Assembly: GCA_025812035.1 (NCBI GenBank)
Contig: GCA_025812035.1_4719.1
DNA: 64,000 nucleotides
Reading direction: 5' to 3' (one strand)
Source: a phage
A program made the translations under genes and the position numbers. Below, in pieces: positions 1 through 9,630 of this stretch. The notes under the pieces were generated by a model. The model saw only the letters and a program-made list of their open reading frames with translations. It did no database searches and was not told where the DNA came from. The first letter of the stretch is position 1; each line of letters starts with the position of its first letter.

Positions 1-188
1 ACACCCATCGGTTTCCACGACGTAAGGAGATCCTGATACAGCATCGGATGGACGTTATTAATCGCTGTGAATTTATCATCGAAAAGACTCACGCTTGGAT
101 GTTCGGCATTCGCAAGCTCAAAATAAATTCTTTCGAGCAATGCCTTTACCGCATCGCGTGTCTTATCAATCGGGCCAACAGAAGCCAT
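1..188 (-). CDS. hypothetical protein, N-terminal part only (gene runs off the window start)
   Basis: ATG at 186..188 on minus strand, open to position 1; same strand as neighbours. Confidence 0.4.
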   Translation of the reverse strand, partial: MASVGPIDKTRDAVKALLERIYFELANAEHPSVSLFDDKFTAINNVHPMLYQDLLTSWKPMG

Positions 189-202
189 TTAAATTATCCT
201 CG

Positions 203-469
203 TTAAAAAGTACCCATGACGGATAGGGCAACATGGTCTTTGTTCGCACGTGCTTGTATCGACATATCGAGACCGTTTTTCTTAATATGCCAACGTGCTA
301 CCAGTTCCGGCTGGTCAACAGAATACAGCCCTTCTCGATGTTGATTCAACCATTTAGCAATCGGATGCAATTTATCAGGATTAACCACACCCAATTCCAA
401 GCCACCCGGGGTTAATGGTTTAGAATAAAAGTCAAGTGCGTTCCGTAAAAAGTCATCCTCGATACTCAT
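203..469 (-). CDS. hypothetical protein (88 aa)
   Basis: complete ORF in minus-strand array; start overlaps stop of upstream small ORF (ATGA). Confidence 0.5.
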   Translation of the reverse strand: MSIEDDFLRNALDFYSKPLTPGGLELGVVNPDKLHPIAKWLNQHREGLYSVDQPELVARWHIKKNGLDMSIQARANKDHVALSVMGTF

Positions 470-582
470 CGTAGCATACCTACCATGCCAATTATGGCAA
501 ACAGTATACCAACAGCGCTATATGCAAGCAGTGCTTTAGCAACCCAAGATTTTATTTCAGCACACTCTTCATGGTTCACCAT
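466..582 (-). CDS. small membrane protein (38 aa, hydrophobic C-terminal helix), not in ORF track
   Basis: ATG 580..582 preceded by GAGGTG; translation MVNHEECAEIKSWVAKALLAYSAVGILFAIIGMVGMLR; stop overlaps next start. Confidence 0.4.
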   Translation of the reverse strand: MVNHEECAEIKSWVAKALLAYSAVGILFAIIGMVGMLR

Positions 583-658
583 TTTTTTCACCTCGTTTGG
601 TTATTGTCTGATCTCATACCTTTACCTAAGCGTACCCCGCCATTAAGACGGGGGCTTA

Positions 659-1033
659 TCACCAGAGACGATTACCTTCCTCATCCCACCACGCGATTGC
701 TTGCGTCGACTCAAATGAGTTAGGACGTAATACCATACCCTTACGGTCAACGATTAACCGCAATTCGGTACCGAACCATTCAATCGAGATAAACAAACCT
801 TGACGAATGATTGCTTGATAACCTGATAGCCGGTCAAAGAGTCGTTGAAAGAGTTCATCGTGTTCGCACGACGTTAACGCTTCTGAATAACGTTGCATCG
901 ATCTTGCATCAGTAGGTAAACGTGTTTTACAGTTCCACCACGACACAGCGTACATCAATGCGGCGTTACGCAACCGTAACGATTGAACCGGCGTTAGTTG
1001 CCGTCCTTCAACATCATCGATAATGACATACAT
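659..1033 (-). CDS. hypothetical protein (124 aa)
   Basis: complete ORF in minus-strand array. Confidence 0.5.
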   Translation of the reverse strand: MYVIIDDVEGRQLTPVQSLRLRNAALMYAVSWWNCKTRLPTDARSMQRYSEALTSCEHDELFQRLFDRLSGYQAIIRQGLFISIEWFGTELRLIVDRKGMVLRPNSFESTQAIAWWDEEGNRLW

Positions 1034-1039
1034 TGCGTC

Positions 1040-1228
1040 TTATTCCGCGTTTGTTTCCTTAACATGGACACATTCCGCATCGATAGTCACACCGGTAGAA
1101 CGATTGGTCTCGTTGGTATAATCGAATCCGCTGTTGAACAACATTGCGAACGTGTTATTATCCATACGAGCAAAGGTCTCCGCAATACGATCGGGATGAA
1201 AATCGGTGCGGTTGATGGTCGATTTCAC
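1040..1228 (-). CDS. hypothetical protein (62 aa), GTG start
   Basis: AGGAG 6 nt upstream of GTG at 1226..1228; overlapping plus ORF 998..1243 judged spurious. Confidence 0.35.
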   Translation of the reverse strand: MKSTINRTDFHPDRIAETFARMDNNTFAMLFNSGFDYTNETNRSTGVTIDAECVHVKETNAE

Positions 1229-1267
1229 AAAAAACTCCTGTAAACAATTTAATTATTGGTATTAAGA

Positions 1268-1753
1268 TTAAAGCAGGATCTGCGGACAGCAGCATGATTC
1301 GTAACCACCTTCATGCGGTAACGTATTGCTGGTGTCAGGCCAGACAAGCTGAATACCTGCAACTTTCTTACCGTATCGGGCGGCAGCAGCTATCGCATAC
1401 ACTTCATTGAAGGATTCAATATCCTCAATTTCGCGTACGTCGAGACGCAACGTTTCGCCCGTACCCTTCAAAGTCAGATTGCCATCGAACGCGCCTAACG
1501 GGATGGTCTTTGCTTTCACCATGAAGTTACCCAGCTTGTTGATTGCTGAACCGAGGGCTGGGCAGTAACCGGATACGAAGATTTCCGGCATCCCATGTTC
1601 GGTTAGACCAACAGTATACATAAAGCCAGGCTCGTCGCTTCCCTCATCAGGAGCGACACTGATAATAGCCCACTGCTTTTTCTCGATATATTCTTCGACA
1701 AAATCGTCCAGTTTTGAAAAATTGTTTTCATTAAGTTTAACTGTGTTACTCAT
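1268..1753 (-). CDS. hypothetical protein (161 aa)
   Basis: complete ORF, minus-strand array. Confidence 0.55.
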   Translation of the reverse strand: MSNTVKLNENNFSKLDDFVEEYIEKKQWAIISVAPDEGSDEPGFMYTVGLTEHGMPEIFVSGYCPALGSAINKLGNFMVKAKTIPLGAFDGNLTLKGTGETLRLDVREIEDIESFNEVYAIAAAARYGKKVAGIQLVWPDTSNTLPHEGGYESCCCPQILL

Positions 1754-2027
1754 GTTCTTTATCCTTTAATGCGTTTTCTAACCAGCGGACATAACTTTCA
1801 CGATAAACATGAATATGTCTTTTACCGTCGCGAAAGTTAGGGTCAATAAGATGAATCGCAGCGTGGGTTGAGGCAGCCGCATGCTGCAAATGTTTTCGTG
1901 TTAATCGTCCACGTTTTACCCAGCGTTGAATATACCGCGCATCTGCTGCGAGACAGGTACGTTCATCGATGAAAGGTACCAATACCTGAACGATACTACC
2001 GTAATACACCATCGAACTGTTGAACAT
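1746..2027 (-). CDS. hypothetical protein (93 aa)
   Basis: complete ORF, minus-strand array. Confidence 0.45.
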   Translation of the reverse strand: MFNSSMVYYGSIVQVLVPFIDERTCLAADARYIQRWVKRGRLTRKHLQHAAASTHAAIHLIDPNFRDGKRHIHVYRESYVRWLENALKDKEHE

Positions 2028-2057
2028 CTGCGTCTCCGTGCAAATGGATGAAGCTGA

Positions 2058-2363
2058 TTAGTGAAGAATTACCGTTTGCATCCGTCTCTCGTATTCGGAT
2101 TGCAACTCGTCATAACGACGATTAACTCTTTCAATAGCATCGTCTATATCTTCGAGGGAGAAGTCTTTTGTTCTTCCGCGTGACGATTCTAGTCGATATA
2201 TAAAAGCATCGCGCATACCTTCAGCGGCGGCAAGTTCACACATCGCGTGATGCTTATCTTCATGGAATATGATGACTGGCTTATCGTATTCACTTGCAGT
2301 AAAGTAGTTACGAATTTCAGCCAATCGTTCCTCTGAGATTGTTACACTGATATTTTCGCTCAT
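2058..2363 (-). CDS. hypothetical protein (101 aa)
   Basis: complete ORF, minus-strand array. Confidence 0.5.
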   Translation of the reverse strand: MSENISVTISEERLAEIRNYFTASEYDKPVIIFHEDKHHAMCELAAAEGMRDAFIYRLESSRGRTKDFSLEDIDDAIERVNRRYDELQSEYERRMQTVILH

Positions 2364-2375
2364 CTTGTATCCCTC

Positions 2376-2708
2376 TTAAAGTTTTAACGTATTGACGCCG
2401 CTTATAAAGGCGTTGATTTCATTGTCGATGTTACCAGTTTGTTCGATAATCTTCTCCACCATCAATCTTGGTTTGTTGTAAGCGATACTTACAGCATCAG
2501 GGCCATTTCCATACATGCTCGCGACGTAAATTCGAAGTTCTTTTAAACGATCAAGTAACAACTGTGTGATATCCAGAACTTCTTCTGTGGCGGTCCGTGT
2601 GTTGCTTTCGCGTAACTTGTGCTCTAACAGCGATGTCGCGGCATCGAGCATGGATGTGTATTTACGATAGTTATAAATATCAATTATAGCTGTCTGATTC
2701 ATATACAC
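2376..2708 (-). CDS. hypothetical protein (110 aa)
   Basis: complete ORF, minus-strand array. Confidence 0.5.
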   Translation of the reverse strand: MYMNQTAIIDIYNYRKYTSMLDAATSLLEHKLRESNTRTATEEVLDITQLLLDRLKELRIYVASMYGNGPDAVSIAYNKPRLMVEKIIEQTGNIDNEINAFISGVNTLKL

Positions 2709-2713
2709 GTTAT

Positions 2714-3082
2714 TTATTTATCGGGGTCTGGAAAATAGTAAAATCGCCAATGCAAAATAGAAATCGCATTTCTTATTTGATTCGCACGAACACAGCGTCC
2801 GAGAAAGGATTTGTAGCAAGAATCGCAATCCATAAACAACTCGTGGCTCGATTTCATCAAAACCACGATGTCTCTTATATACGAATTGCAGTACTCGATA
2901 AACGGATCTGTATCGTACGTATATTTCCTCGCACTACCTATCCCCAACTCTCTATTTAACTCACGACAATTTATCATGAGCTTCACATAACGGATAAGCC
3001 GAACGAAGTCACGTAAATTACGATTAAACCAATATCGATACCAAAATGACTGTATGCCCCAAACAGTTCTATTTAACTTCAT
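2714..3082 (-). CDS. hypothetical protein (122 aa)
   Basis: complete ORF, minus-strand array. Confidence 0.5.
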   Translation of the reverse strand: MKLNRTVWGIQSFWYRYWFNRNLRDFVRLIRYVKLMINCRELNRELGIGSARKYTYDTDPFIEYCNSYIRDIVVLMKSSHELFMDCDSCYKSFLGRCVRANQIRNAISILHWRFYYFPDPDK

Positions 3083-3710
3083 TGATACCCTCTATTAGTT
3101 GTACGGCAACTTCTCTTTCGGTGTTATAAAAGAACTTGCGATGGAACTGAACAAGAAGTTTTTCGAATTTACATTGAACGATCTTTTTACGTTCGATGTG
3201 ACCCAGGGAGAGCAAAGCACCCATGCAACGTACTGCTTGTTCGAGAACTTGTTTCGCGGTATCGTGATCGTCAGGCAACGGTAAATCTTCCTCATCATCT
3301 TTAGCGATAAGGCGTCTGATGATGTTATCAATACGTATCTCATCACCGTTAATAAAAGCCCCCTTCTCCCAGTCATCGAATCGTTGATGGATTCGACGTT
3401 GTAAGTTGGCCCTGTCTTCCATTAACTCTTTCAACTGGTTTTCTAAGTTGAATACGGTACGGCGATCTGTTTCAGTGAATCTTTCCGACTCTTTGTACCA
3501 CCAATCATTACGTGCCAGTAAATCATTGACACGCGATACCATCCGACGACATTCACCAACAAGTCCATCACCATTCGGTAGCTCTGTACCGAAATAGCAT
3601 TTGTATTTATAACGCATAACACGGATTAAATGTTTTGCTAGAAAACCTTGTTTTTCCAGTTTCTTCTTCAGTTGCGTGTATTTCTCTTCTTTTGTTTCCA
3701 TTAATTCCAT
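3069..3710 (-). CDS. hypothetical protein (213 aa)
   Basis: complete ORF, minus-strand array. Confidence 0.55.
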   Translation of the reverse strand: MELMETKEEKYTQLKKKLEKQGFLAKHLIRVMRYKYKCYFGTELPNGDGLVGECRRMVSRVNDLLARNDWWYKESERFTETDRRTVFNLENQLKELMEDRANLQRRIHQRFDDWEKGAFINGDEIRIDNIIRRLIAKDDEEDLPLPDDHDTAKQVLEQAVRCMGALLSLGHIERKKIVQCKFEKLLVQFHRKFFYNTEREVAVQLIEGINEVK

Positions 3711-4099
3711 GATGTTGTACCTCGTTCAGCAATCAGGAGGGTCGTGGTTGTGCTTTTCACTAATCTATTAAAGTCTTGATATATCCGCCTGAGGGATGAT
3801 TTCAAATCGCAATAACGACTGAAATAAGCCTTCAGGTCATCTTTTGTCACCGTCTCCGTATTTATTTTCGTAGAAACACCGAGATCGATAAACTCTTTTC
3901 TTAATTGGGATAATTCGTCAAGAAGTCGATGATGGCTTAGATAAATAATAGATTTATCGGATAATAACTCGCCGGTTATCCGGCTCTGGCGTTCATCGAG
4001 ATATTGGAGCCGCCATTCAATTCGCTTGCGTAATTTATCAAGTAAATCAACAAAAGCGGTATAGCTGTTAACGGCTAGGTTAACTTGACTCGCTATCAT
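3701..4099 (-). CDS. hypothetical protein (132 aa)
   Basis: complete ORF, minus-strand array. Confidence 0.5.
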   Translation of the reverse strand: MIASQVNLAVNSYTAFVDLLDKLRKRIEWRLQYLDERQSRITGELLSDKSIIYLSHHRLLDELSQLRKEFIDLGVSTKINTETVTKDDLKAYFSRYCDLKSSLRRIYQDFNRLVKSTTTTLLIAERGTTSWN

Positions 4100-4446
4100 T
4101 CCACATTCTCCGTTATATGCTTTAAACTGTTACGTATACTTCTCAATCGATGGTTAAATCCGGAACGATAACATTTCCGTTCAAACCGTGCCGCTCGCGA
4201 TTTATTCGCCTGATGAAGCTGTTCGTTCACCTGCGACGCTATACGTAAACGCTCTAATAAAGACCTCAGCCGAACGACAACCAACGGCTGTTCTTTCACC
4301 TTCTCTAGTTTGAGTAAATTGTCAACACGAAACTTTATTTCGATAATCTGATTCCTGTTTTTGCGGTACTGATGAATATACCAACATCGACGAAAATAGG
4401 CGATGCTAAACATAGGGTAGGTCCTTTTCAACGCCACCTCCAACAA
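4096..4446 (-). CDS. hypothetical protein (116 aa)
   Basis: complete ORF, minus-strand array. Confidence 0.5.
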   Translation of the reverse strand: MLEVALKRTYPMFSIAYFRRCWYIHQYRKNRNQIIEIKFRVDNLLKLEKVKEQPLVVVRLRSLLERLRIASQVNEQLHQANKSRAARFERKCYRSGFNHRLRSIRNSLKHITENVE

Positions 4447-4657
4447 TAAAACGGATTAGGTGCTTTATGGTATTTATAAATACCCACTTTCTTCCGTCTG
4501 CCTTTACCCGGTCCTCGTTTAATACGTTTGTTATAAACACGACCCAAATATCGAGTGACGATAGATCGGGATAAATACATCGGATCGATATAATCCAGAG
4601 TACCCGCTTCTGTTTCTTCGAGACATTGCATACGTAACTCCTCTTTCCTCTAAGAAG

Positions 4658-4864
4658 TCAATCCAGCATAAGCCATGGCATCGCTTTCGCGATAGAATCC
4701 ACCGCAGCATTTGCTATCCTTCGTTCAGTCATTGGCACCACGTGCGCAACGAACCGTTTCCCTTTATTGCAACCTTTCTTGTGTTTTCCTTTGACTAAAC
4801 GAACACCGATCATGTCGTTGATAACATGATTTAGTATGTAGCGCTGTAGAGAATTAATCATCAC
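4658..4864 (-). CDS. hypothetical protein (68 aa)
   Basis: complete ORF, minus-strand array. Confidence 0.35.
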   Translation of the reverse strand: MMINSLQRYILNHVINDMIGVRLVKGKHKKGCNKGKRFVAHVVPMTERRIANAAVDSIAKAMPWLMLD

Positions 4865-5012
4865 TTTTACTCCAGGCAGAGAAGACCCTCGGTTTTAGTT
4901 CTATCTGTCCGCATATCCAGGTGTATCTCCATTTACCTTTACGAGGACCTTTCTTATTTTTAACGCCTATCAGAATACGATAGGGATATGACCAAGTCAT
5001 TCTAAACCCCCC

Positions 5013-5306
5013 TTAATGCAGCCGCTTCTCGAAGTCAGTTTTAAGAAGCACCACTCTTTCATCGATGGTATCCAACGCTTTCAGTAATGATTTACGCTGT
5101 TCCTTTGTAAGCATCTCCGTCTTAAGACGCTTGTTAATTGTTACTTTAAGCTGCACCGCTAGAGTCTGAACAAGCACGCTATCAGCTTCTATCTCGTAAC
5201 TATTTTCTGGCGGTGATAGCACCTCGCTAACGCCAGCGAGATAACAACCTATAACGGTCATTCGTCTATCCATTGCTTCCAGCAACTCAGAACTTACTTC
5301 ATCCAC
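5013..5306 (-). CDS. hypothetical protein (97 aa)
   Basis: complete ORF, minus-strand array. Confidence 0.45.
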   Translation of the reverse strand: MDEVSSELLEAMDRRMTVIGCYLAGVSEVLSPPENSYEIEADSVLVQTLAVQLKVTINKRLKTEMLTKEQRKSLLKALDTIDERVVLLKTDFEKRLH

Positions 5307-5375
5307 GATAACCCTCCGCGAGTTTCTCTATTTCGTTCTGTGTTGCGGGTGGATACACCCACCCGCATCGTTAAT

Positions 5376-6395
5376 TTACACCGCCACCTTAGCCTTGATA
5401 GCCGGATGCGATTGATATCCAACGAACACAAAGTCTTCGTAACGGTAATCCGTAATACTTTCCGGTTTACGTACGATCGTTAGCTTCGGTAATGGATACG
5501 GCTCACGACTGAGCTGCTCTTTAACCTGTTCGAAGTGGTTGTGATAGATGTGACAATCTCCACCAGTCCACACGAACTCACCGACGTCCATATTCAGCTG
5601 TTGGGCAAGCATATGCGTTAACAACGAATATGAGGCGATGTTAAAGCTCCAACCCAAGAGCGTGTCGCACGAACGCTGATAAAGCTGACAGGATAAAGCA
5701 CGTGTTGGTACGTTATGTGTGTTCAACCAAAGTTCTATTTCACTACGTCGTACATCATCCATAACCCACTGGGTTCTTAGTACGTCGTTGCGTCGGACAT
5801 AATCAACGCGTTCATCGATCGTGAGTTCGTGGGTATAGAACTGATAGAAACTGTGGCACGGGGCGAGGTGCATGTCGTCTAAATCGCCTACGTTCCACGC
5901 GCTAACGATGATCCGTCGAGAATCAGGATCTTCTTTAAGCTGACGCATCACGTTTGCAATCTGATCGTGATGTTTAACATACACGAGGTGTTTTAGCATA
6001 CCGTCGTTAAGAATACCACAATACTCGTAACCGCGTTGCATCAACTCGCGAGTACGTTCTGTATCGTGCGGAACAACCACTTTGTAGTCAATCCATTCCC
6101 GCCATTGGCTACCGTAAATCGGTCCTAGATTCCCTTCTTCGTCAGCCCACTCATTCCAAATACGAACACCGTTATCTTGAAGATAAGCAACGTTTGTATC
6201 ACCATTAAGAAACCAGAGCAGTTCGTGGATAACGCTCTTAAGGTGAATCTTCTTAGTGGTTACCAGCGGGAATCCTTTCTTCAAGTCAAAACGCATTTGA
6301 CGTCCGAATACCGAACGGGTACCAGTACCTGTGCGGTCGGCTTTATCGCGACCATTATCCATGATGTCTTGCAAAAGGTCCAAATACTGTTTCAT
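5376..6395 (-). CDS. thyA: thymidylate synthase (ThyA type) with two in-frame insertions
   Basis: N-terminus [46 protein letters not shown], catalytic LAPCH, C-terminal LPKL..KPESI; 339 aa versus about 264 aa for E. coli ThyA. Confidence 0.9.
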   Translation of the reverse strand: MKQYLDLLQDIMDNGRDKADRTGTGTRSVFGRQMRFDLKKGFPLVTTKKIHLKSVIHELLWFLNGDTNVAYLQDNGVRIWNEWADEEGNLGPIYGSQWREWIDYKVVVPHDTERTRELMQRGYEYCGILNDGMLKHLVYVKHHDQIANVMRQLKEDPDSRRIIVSAWNVGDLDDMHLAPCHSFYQFYTHELTIDERVDYVRRNDVLRTQWVMDDVRRSEIELWLNTHNVPTRALSCQLYQRSCDTLLGWSFNIASYSLLTHMLAQQLNMDVGEFVWTGGDCHIYHNHFEQVKEQLSREPYPLPKLTIVRKPESITDYRYEDFVFVGYQSHPAIKAKVAV

Positions 6396-6604
6396 TTTAA
6401 TCCTCTAAGTGTTTTAACTAGTTCCTGTAATTTGTAATGATATTTAGAATCGCTTAACGTGTAGCAGCAACCACGTAACACGTTATACGCGAAATCAGCT
6501 TGTAAACCACGAACCTTCGGATCCGATGATAGGTTCAATGACGCATCATCAAAAATCCACGCTTCAATGTTCCTCTTAGATTCCTTCGTTAACATCGTTC
6601 TCAC
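6392..6604 (-). CDS. hypothetical protein (70 aa)
   Basis: complete ORF, stop/start overlap with thyA. Confidence 0.4.
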   Translation of the reverse strand: MRTMLTKESKRNIEAWIFDDASLNLSSDPKVRGLQADFAYNVLRGCCYTLSDSKYHYKLQELVKTLRGLK

Positions 6605-6666
6605 CTCGTAGTAAAAGTAAATAGGATTTGTCGAGACGCCCTAATTACTTACAACGTAGGTTCTCC

Positions 6667-7551
6667 TCAATAACGGCCGTAGCGTTCCTCGAGCCGTTCT
6701 GGTTTTCTCAGAAGGCTATCTTTAAGCGGTACGACGTCGATATCAACACTCTCTGAGTAATAGCCGTTAGAACTACCATACCAACGGATGACAACACAGC
6801 CCTTCGCAGTGCGGATATGGTAGAATGTCCATTGTGTACGTTCGCTATAATAGCCGTAGTCATCGGTTCTTTCCTCGGTTCTTTCTTCAGCACTGAGTAT
6901 CTTTTCACCGATGATATCGTTAATATCGCCCTCAATGTCTTCAAGATACACCTCTTCGCAGCAATCCTGCTGATGACAGAATTCGACAACGTTTCCATCG
7001 CCGCGATAGAAAAGAAGGGCGATACCGTTTCGTAATTGCTCGCTCGTTACATCAGACACGCAATGCAAACTTTTATCGTCGGTTATCACCAAGACATTGT
7101 TGATTACATGCCCGGCAAGCGCTCCAATCTTATTTACCGTAACAATCGGACGAACCGGTTCAGATTGAACGATAGGAATACGGACACAACCAATTAAGGC
7201 CATCCGTCCTTTCGTTGGTCTAACCGCAAGATAAGGTGATTTTCTTGGGTGGTTATGTAGTCGTATTTCTACTTCGTTGAATTTAATCCCGTATGAACAC
7301 AGAAAATAATTGAATAGTTTACGGAATTCCTCGGTTGCTTCTTGCAACGTGATGTTATTTACTGTGAGTTTATGTCCCCTAAACACCCGGGTTAAATCGA
7401 TAACATCCAGTGTTTTGAAATATATTTCCGTAAGGGGATGACCCGTGTATTCCAGGCAAGTAATTGTTCTTTGAACCACGATTTTAGGCGGTGCGCCTTT
7501 AAAACGTTTCAGGTATTTAACGCGATAACGGGTATGATCTGACGTTAACAT
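6667..7551 (-). CDS. hypothetical protein (294 aa; start moved to internal ATG)
   Basis: ATG at 7549..7551 preceded by GGAGAGGAG; the longer track ORF would run through the terminator hairpin at 7627..7647. Confidence 0.55.
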   Translation of the reverse strand: MLTSDHTRYRVKYLKRFKGAPPKIVVQRTITCLEYTGHPLTEIYFKTLDVIDLTRVFRGHKLTVNNITLQEATEEFRKLFNYFLCSYGIKFNEVEIRLHNHPRKSPYLAVRPTKGRMALIGCVRIPIVQSEPVRPIVTVNKIGALAGHVINNVLVITDDKSLHCVSDVTSEQLRNGIALLFYRGDGNVVEFCHQQDCCEEVYLEDIEGDINDIIGEKILSAEERTEERTDDYGYYSERTQWTFYHIRTAKGCVVIRWYGSSNGYYSESVDIDVVPLKDSLLRKPERLEERYGRY

Positions 7552-7614
7552 TTTAATCTCCTCTCCTGGCTTCAGAGAATTCTCAAAATCCGTTAGTTTT
7601 GATAGACGGGATAA

Positions 7615-7647
7615 GACGGCATAAAAGCCTCCCGTATTGGGAGGCTC
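7615..7647 (-). terminator. GC hairpin followed by TTTATGCCG
   Basis: stem AGCCTCCC/GGGAGGCT, then TTTATGCCGTC on the minus strand. Confidence 0.5.
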
Positions 7648-7658
7648 CATTAATCGGC

Positions 7659-8207
7659 TTATTTCACAAGGACAGCGAATTCGAGAACGTAAATAGCTTC
7701 ATCGTCCATCGGATTTGTCGTGGTATAACCAACGAAGCAATAACCCATAAGCGAGATAAACTCGCTAAGTTTATCGATGACTGATGCCTCGATACGATCG
7801 TCAACAGACAGACGACATTTACGGGTTATGCTACATCCGCGAGGAACGCCAGATAATACGGATAGGAAATGCACGATCCGGTTATTGGTTGTGAACTGTG
7901 CATAATCGTCGTAGTGTTTAAGGTCTTTCATCGTAACCTCTACCGCCACACGGCGATCGGGTGCTACGTATTCAGAGTACGCATACGATGCGATCGTACG
8001 ACGATCTTCAGTTAGGTAAGTATTCCCATCAGGATGATAGCTTTCGATTGTTCCGTCTTCATAGGTGATGGTTACAACAGGTGCGCCGTATTCGTCGCGA
8101 CCGAAATCAACTTTACATTTGTCCGAAAGCGGTAGAACCGTACAAGGCTTTGCATTGTTCTCATCAGGGAGATCGTAACCACTCATCATTTTCAAGAACA
8201 TAGACAT
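7659..8207 (-). CDS. hypothetical protein (182 aa), paralog of 8294..8827
   Basis: shares NNAKP and TIA(S/T)YAYS segments and overall length with the adjacent ORF. Confidence 0.55.
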   Translation of the reverse strand: MSMFLKMMSGYDLPDENNAKPCTVLPLSDKCKVDFGRDEYGAPVVTITYEDGTIESYHPDGNTYLTEDRRTIASYAYSEYVAPDRRVAVEVTMKDLKHYDDYAQFTTNNRIVHFLSVLSGVPRGCSITRKCRLSVDDRIEASVIDKLSEFISLMGYCFVGYTTTNPMDDEAIYVLEFAVLVK

Positions 8208-8293
8208 AATAGAACCTCATGATAATAGATAATAGAAATGATAGATAGTACAACAAATTGAGGGGGTATTATCCCACCCCCTCGTAGGGATTG

Positions 8294-8827
8294 CTACTTA
8301 ACGATCGCGATGATTTTGCCGCCCGCACCGGCGTAATATGCCGTTAACTTACCAGTAAACAACTCTTGTAAAAGACGATTTACGTGACTAACAAAGTTAG
8401 GATTGTCTGATTTTACAAAATCGATGTTTCGCGTTTGTTTTATATCACGATCGATTAAGCGTATTTCCAACAACGCACAAATAAGGCGATCGTCGAGTTT
8501 ACCACTCGTATCCAGCACTTCCCCATACTTCGTAGCACGGACGTCCGCATACATACGGTCAACATCATCCTTCCCAAAACCACAGGAATAGGCGTACGTT
8601 GCGATGGTATTACCATTGTCCATCACGTAAACGTTACCGCCTGGGTAATCGATAAATCGTTGATCCTTATCACCATGAGCGACGAACTCCAGTGTCGGTC
8701 TACCCATCGAATCACGGTTGAATTCAATTGTGGTCAAGCGATCTGGTACCACATGCAACGTAAACGGTTTTGCGTTGTTACGATCGCTAGTATCGCAGTT
8801 AGCCATTACTTTTACAATAACACTCAT
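8294..8827 (-). CDS. hypothetical protein (177 aa), paralog of 7659..8207
   Basis: tandem duplicate of neighbour. Confidence 0.55.
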   Translation of the reverse strand: MSVIVKVMANCDTSDRNNAKPFTLHVVPDRLTTIEFNRDSMGRPTLEFVAHGDKDQRFIDYPGGNVYVMDNGNTIATYAYSCGFGKDDVDRMYADVRATKYGEVLDTSGKLDDRLICALLEIRLIDRDIKQTRNIDFVKSDNPNFVSHVNRLLQELFTGKLTAYYAGAGGKIIAIVK

Positions 8828-8901
8828 GTTTTATTCCTTAGTAGTCCTAGTAGTAGTATTGAGGAATTTCACCTCATTAGATAGTCTATTTTGGTAATGT
8901 T

Positions 8902-9201
8902 TTACTGAAACAAGACATTAAATTCGACGAGATACCCATCGGATCTATCACCACGATATCTGTTGCAGAAAACACCGAATTTCATCAAGAACTCACATAA
9001 CTCTTCGGCTTTGTATAGCGGAATACGATTTTCGTCGAGCAGAGGGCACTTATGGCTAACCCGCTCCGACGAATCAACGCAACACAAATAAAGAAGGAAT
9101 CGAACAATAGCTCGGTTCTTAGTGAAGCTCTCGAATTCACCTGCGGTTCTGAACTCATCGAGGAGCTTTGTCGTTTTCTTCAATCGTTCACGATCAAGCA
9201 T
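8902..9201 (-). CDS. hypothetical protein (99 aa)
   Basis: complete ORF, minus-strand array. Confidence 0.45.
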   Translation of the reverse strand: MLDRERLKKTTKLLDEFRTAGEFESFTKNRAIVRFLLYLCCVDSSERVSHKCPLLDENRIPLYKAEELCEFLMKFGVFCNRYRGDRSDGYLVEFNVLFQ

Positions 9202-9213
9202 GTTAACCTCAAT

Positions 9214-9256
9214 ACGAACATAACCCTCCTCCTTCCCTTACGGGTTGGAGGAGGGG
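9214..9256 (-). terminator. GC hairpin followed by TTATGTTCG
   Basis: stem ACCCTCCTCC/GGAGGAGGGG. Confidence 0.45.
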
Positions 9257-9264
9257 ATATGCTG

Positions 9265-9579
9265 TTATTCTGTTTTCGGTGTTGAACCGTTCTTCTTGAA
9301 GTCGGATTCGTATTTCACGTTAGAATCGAGAACCTCACGAACGGTTTTATCCGTACAACCACGAGCGATGTATGCATTAAGATCGTCACGTAATTTACGC
9401 ATCGTTGTTTTATCCGCATCAGAAACATCTGACTTGGTAAGACGGAATGCGATTGCGTCGCGAATCTTATTCAGCATTGCTGGGTTATTACGCTGTTCTG
9501 TAAATACCGCTTTGATGAATTTATCGCTATCTTTCGAAGCGATGGCGGCATCAAGAATCTCAATATGCTTTTCAGACAT
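9265..9579 (-). CDS. hypothetical protein (104 aa)
   Basis: complete ORF, minus-strand array. Confidence 0.5.
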   Translation of the reverse strand: MSEKHIEILDAAIASKDSDKFIKAVFTEQRNNPAMLNKIRDAIAFRLTKSDVSDADKTTMRKLRDDLNAYIARGCTDKTVREVLDSNVKYESDFKKNGSTPKTE

Positions 9580-9630
9580 CTTCTTTCCTTTATTAAACGA
9601 TCATCGTCATATTCATTGCGCGTGACGTCA

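Noticed and set aside
5376-6395. Thymidylate synthase insertions as an intron or intein
   Set aside because: Both inserts are in frame, lack intein terminal residues and lack stop codons or intron-like structure.
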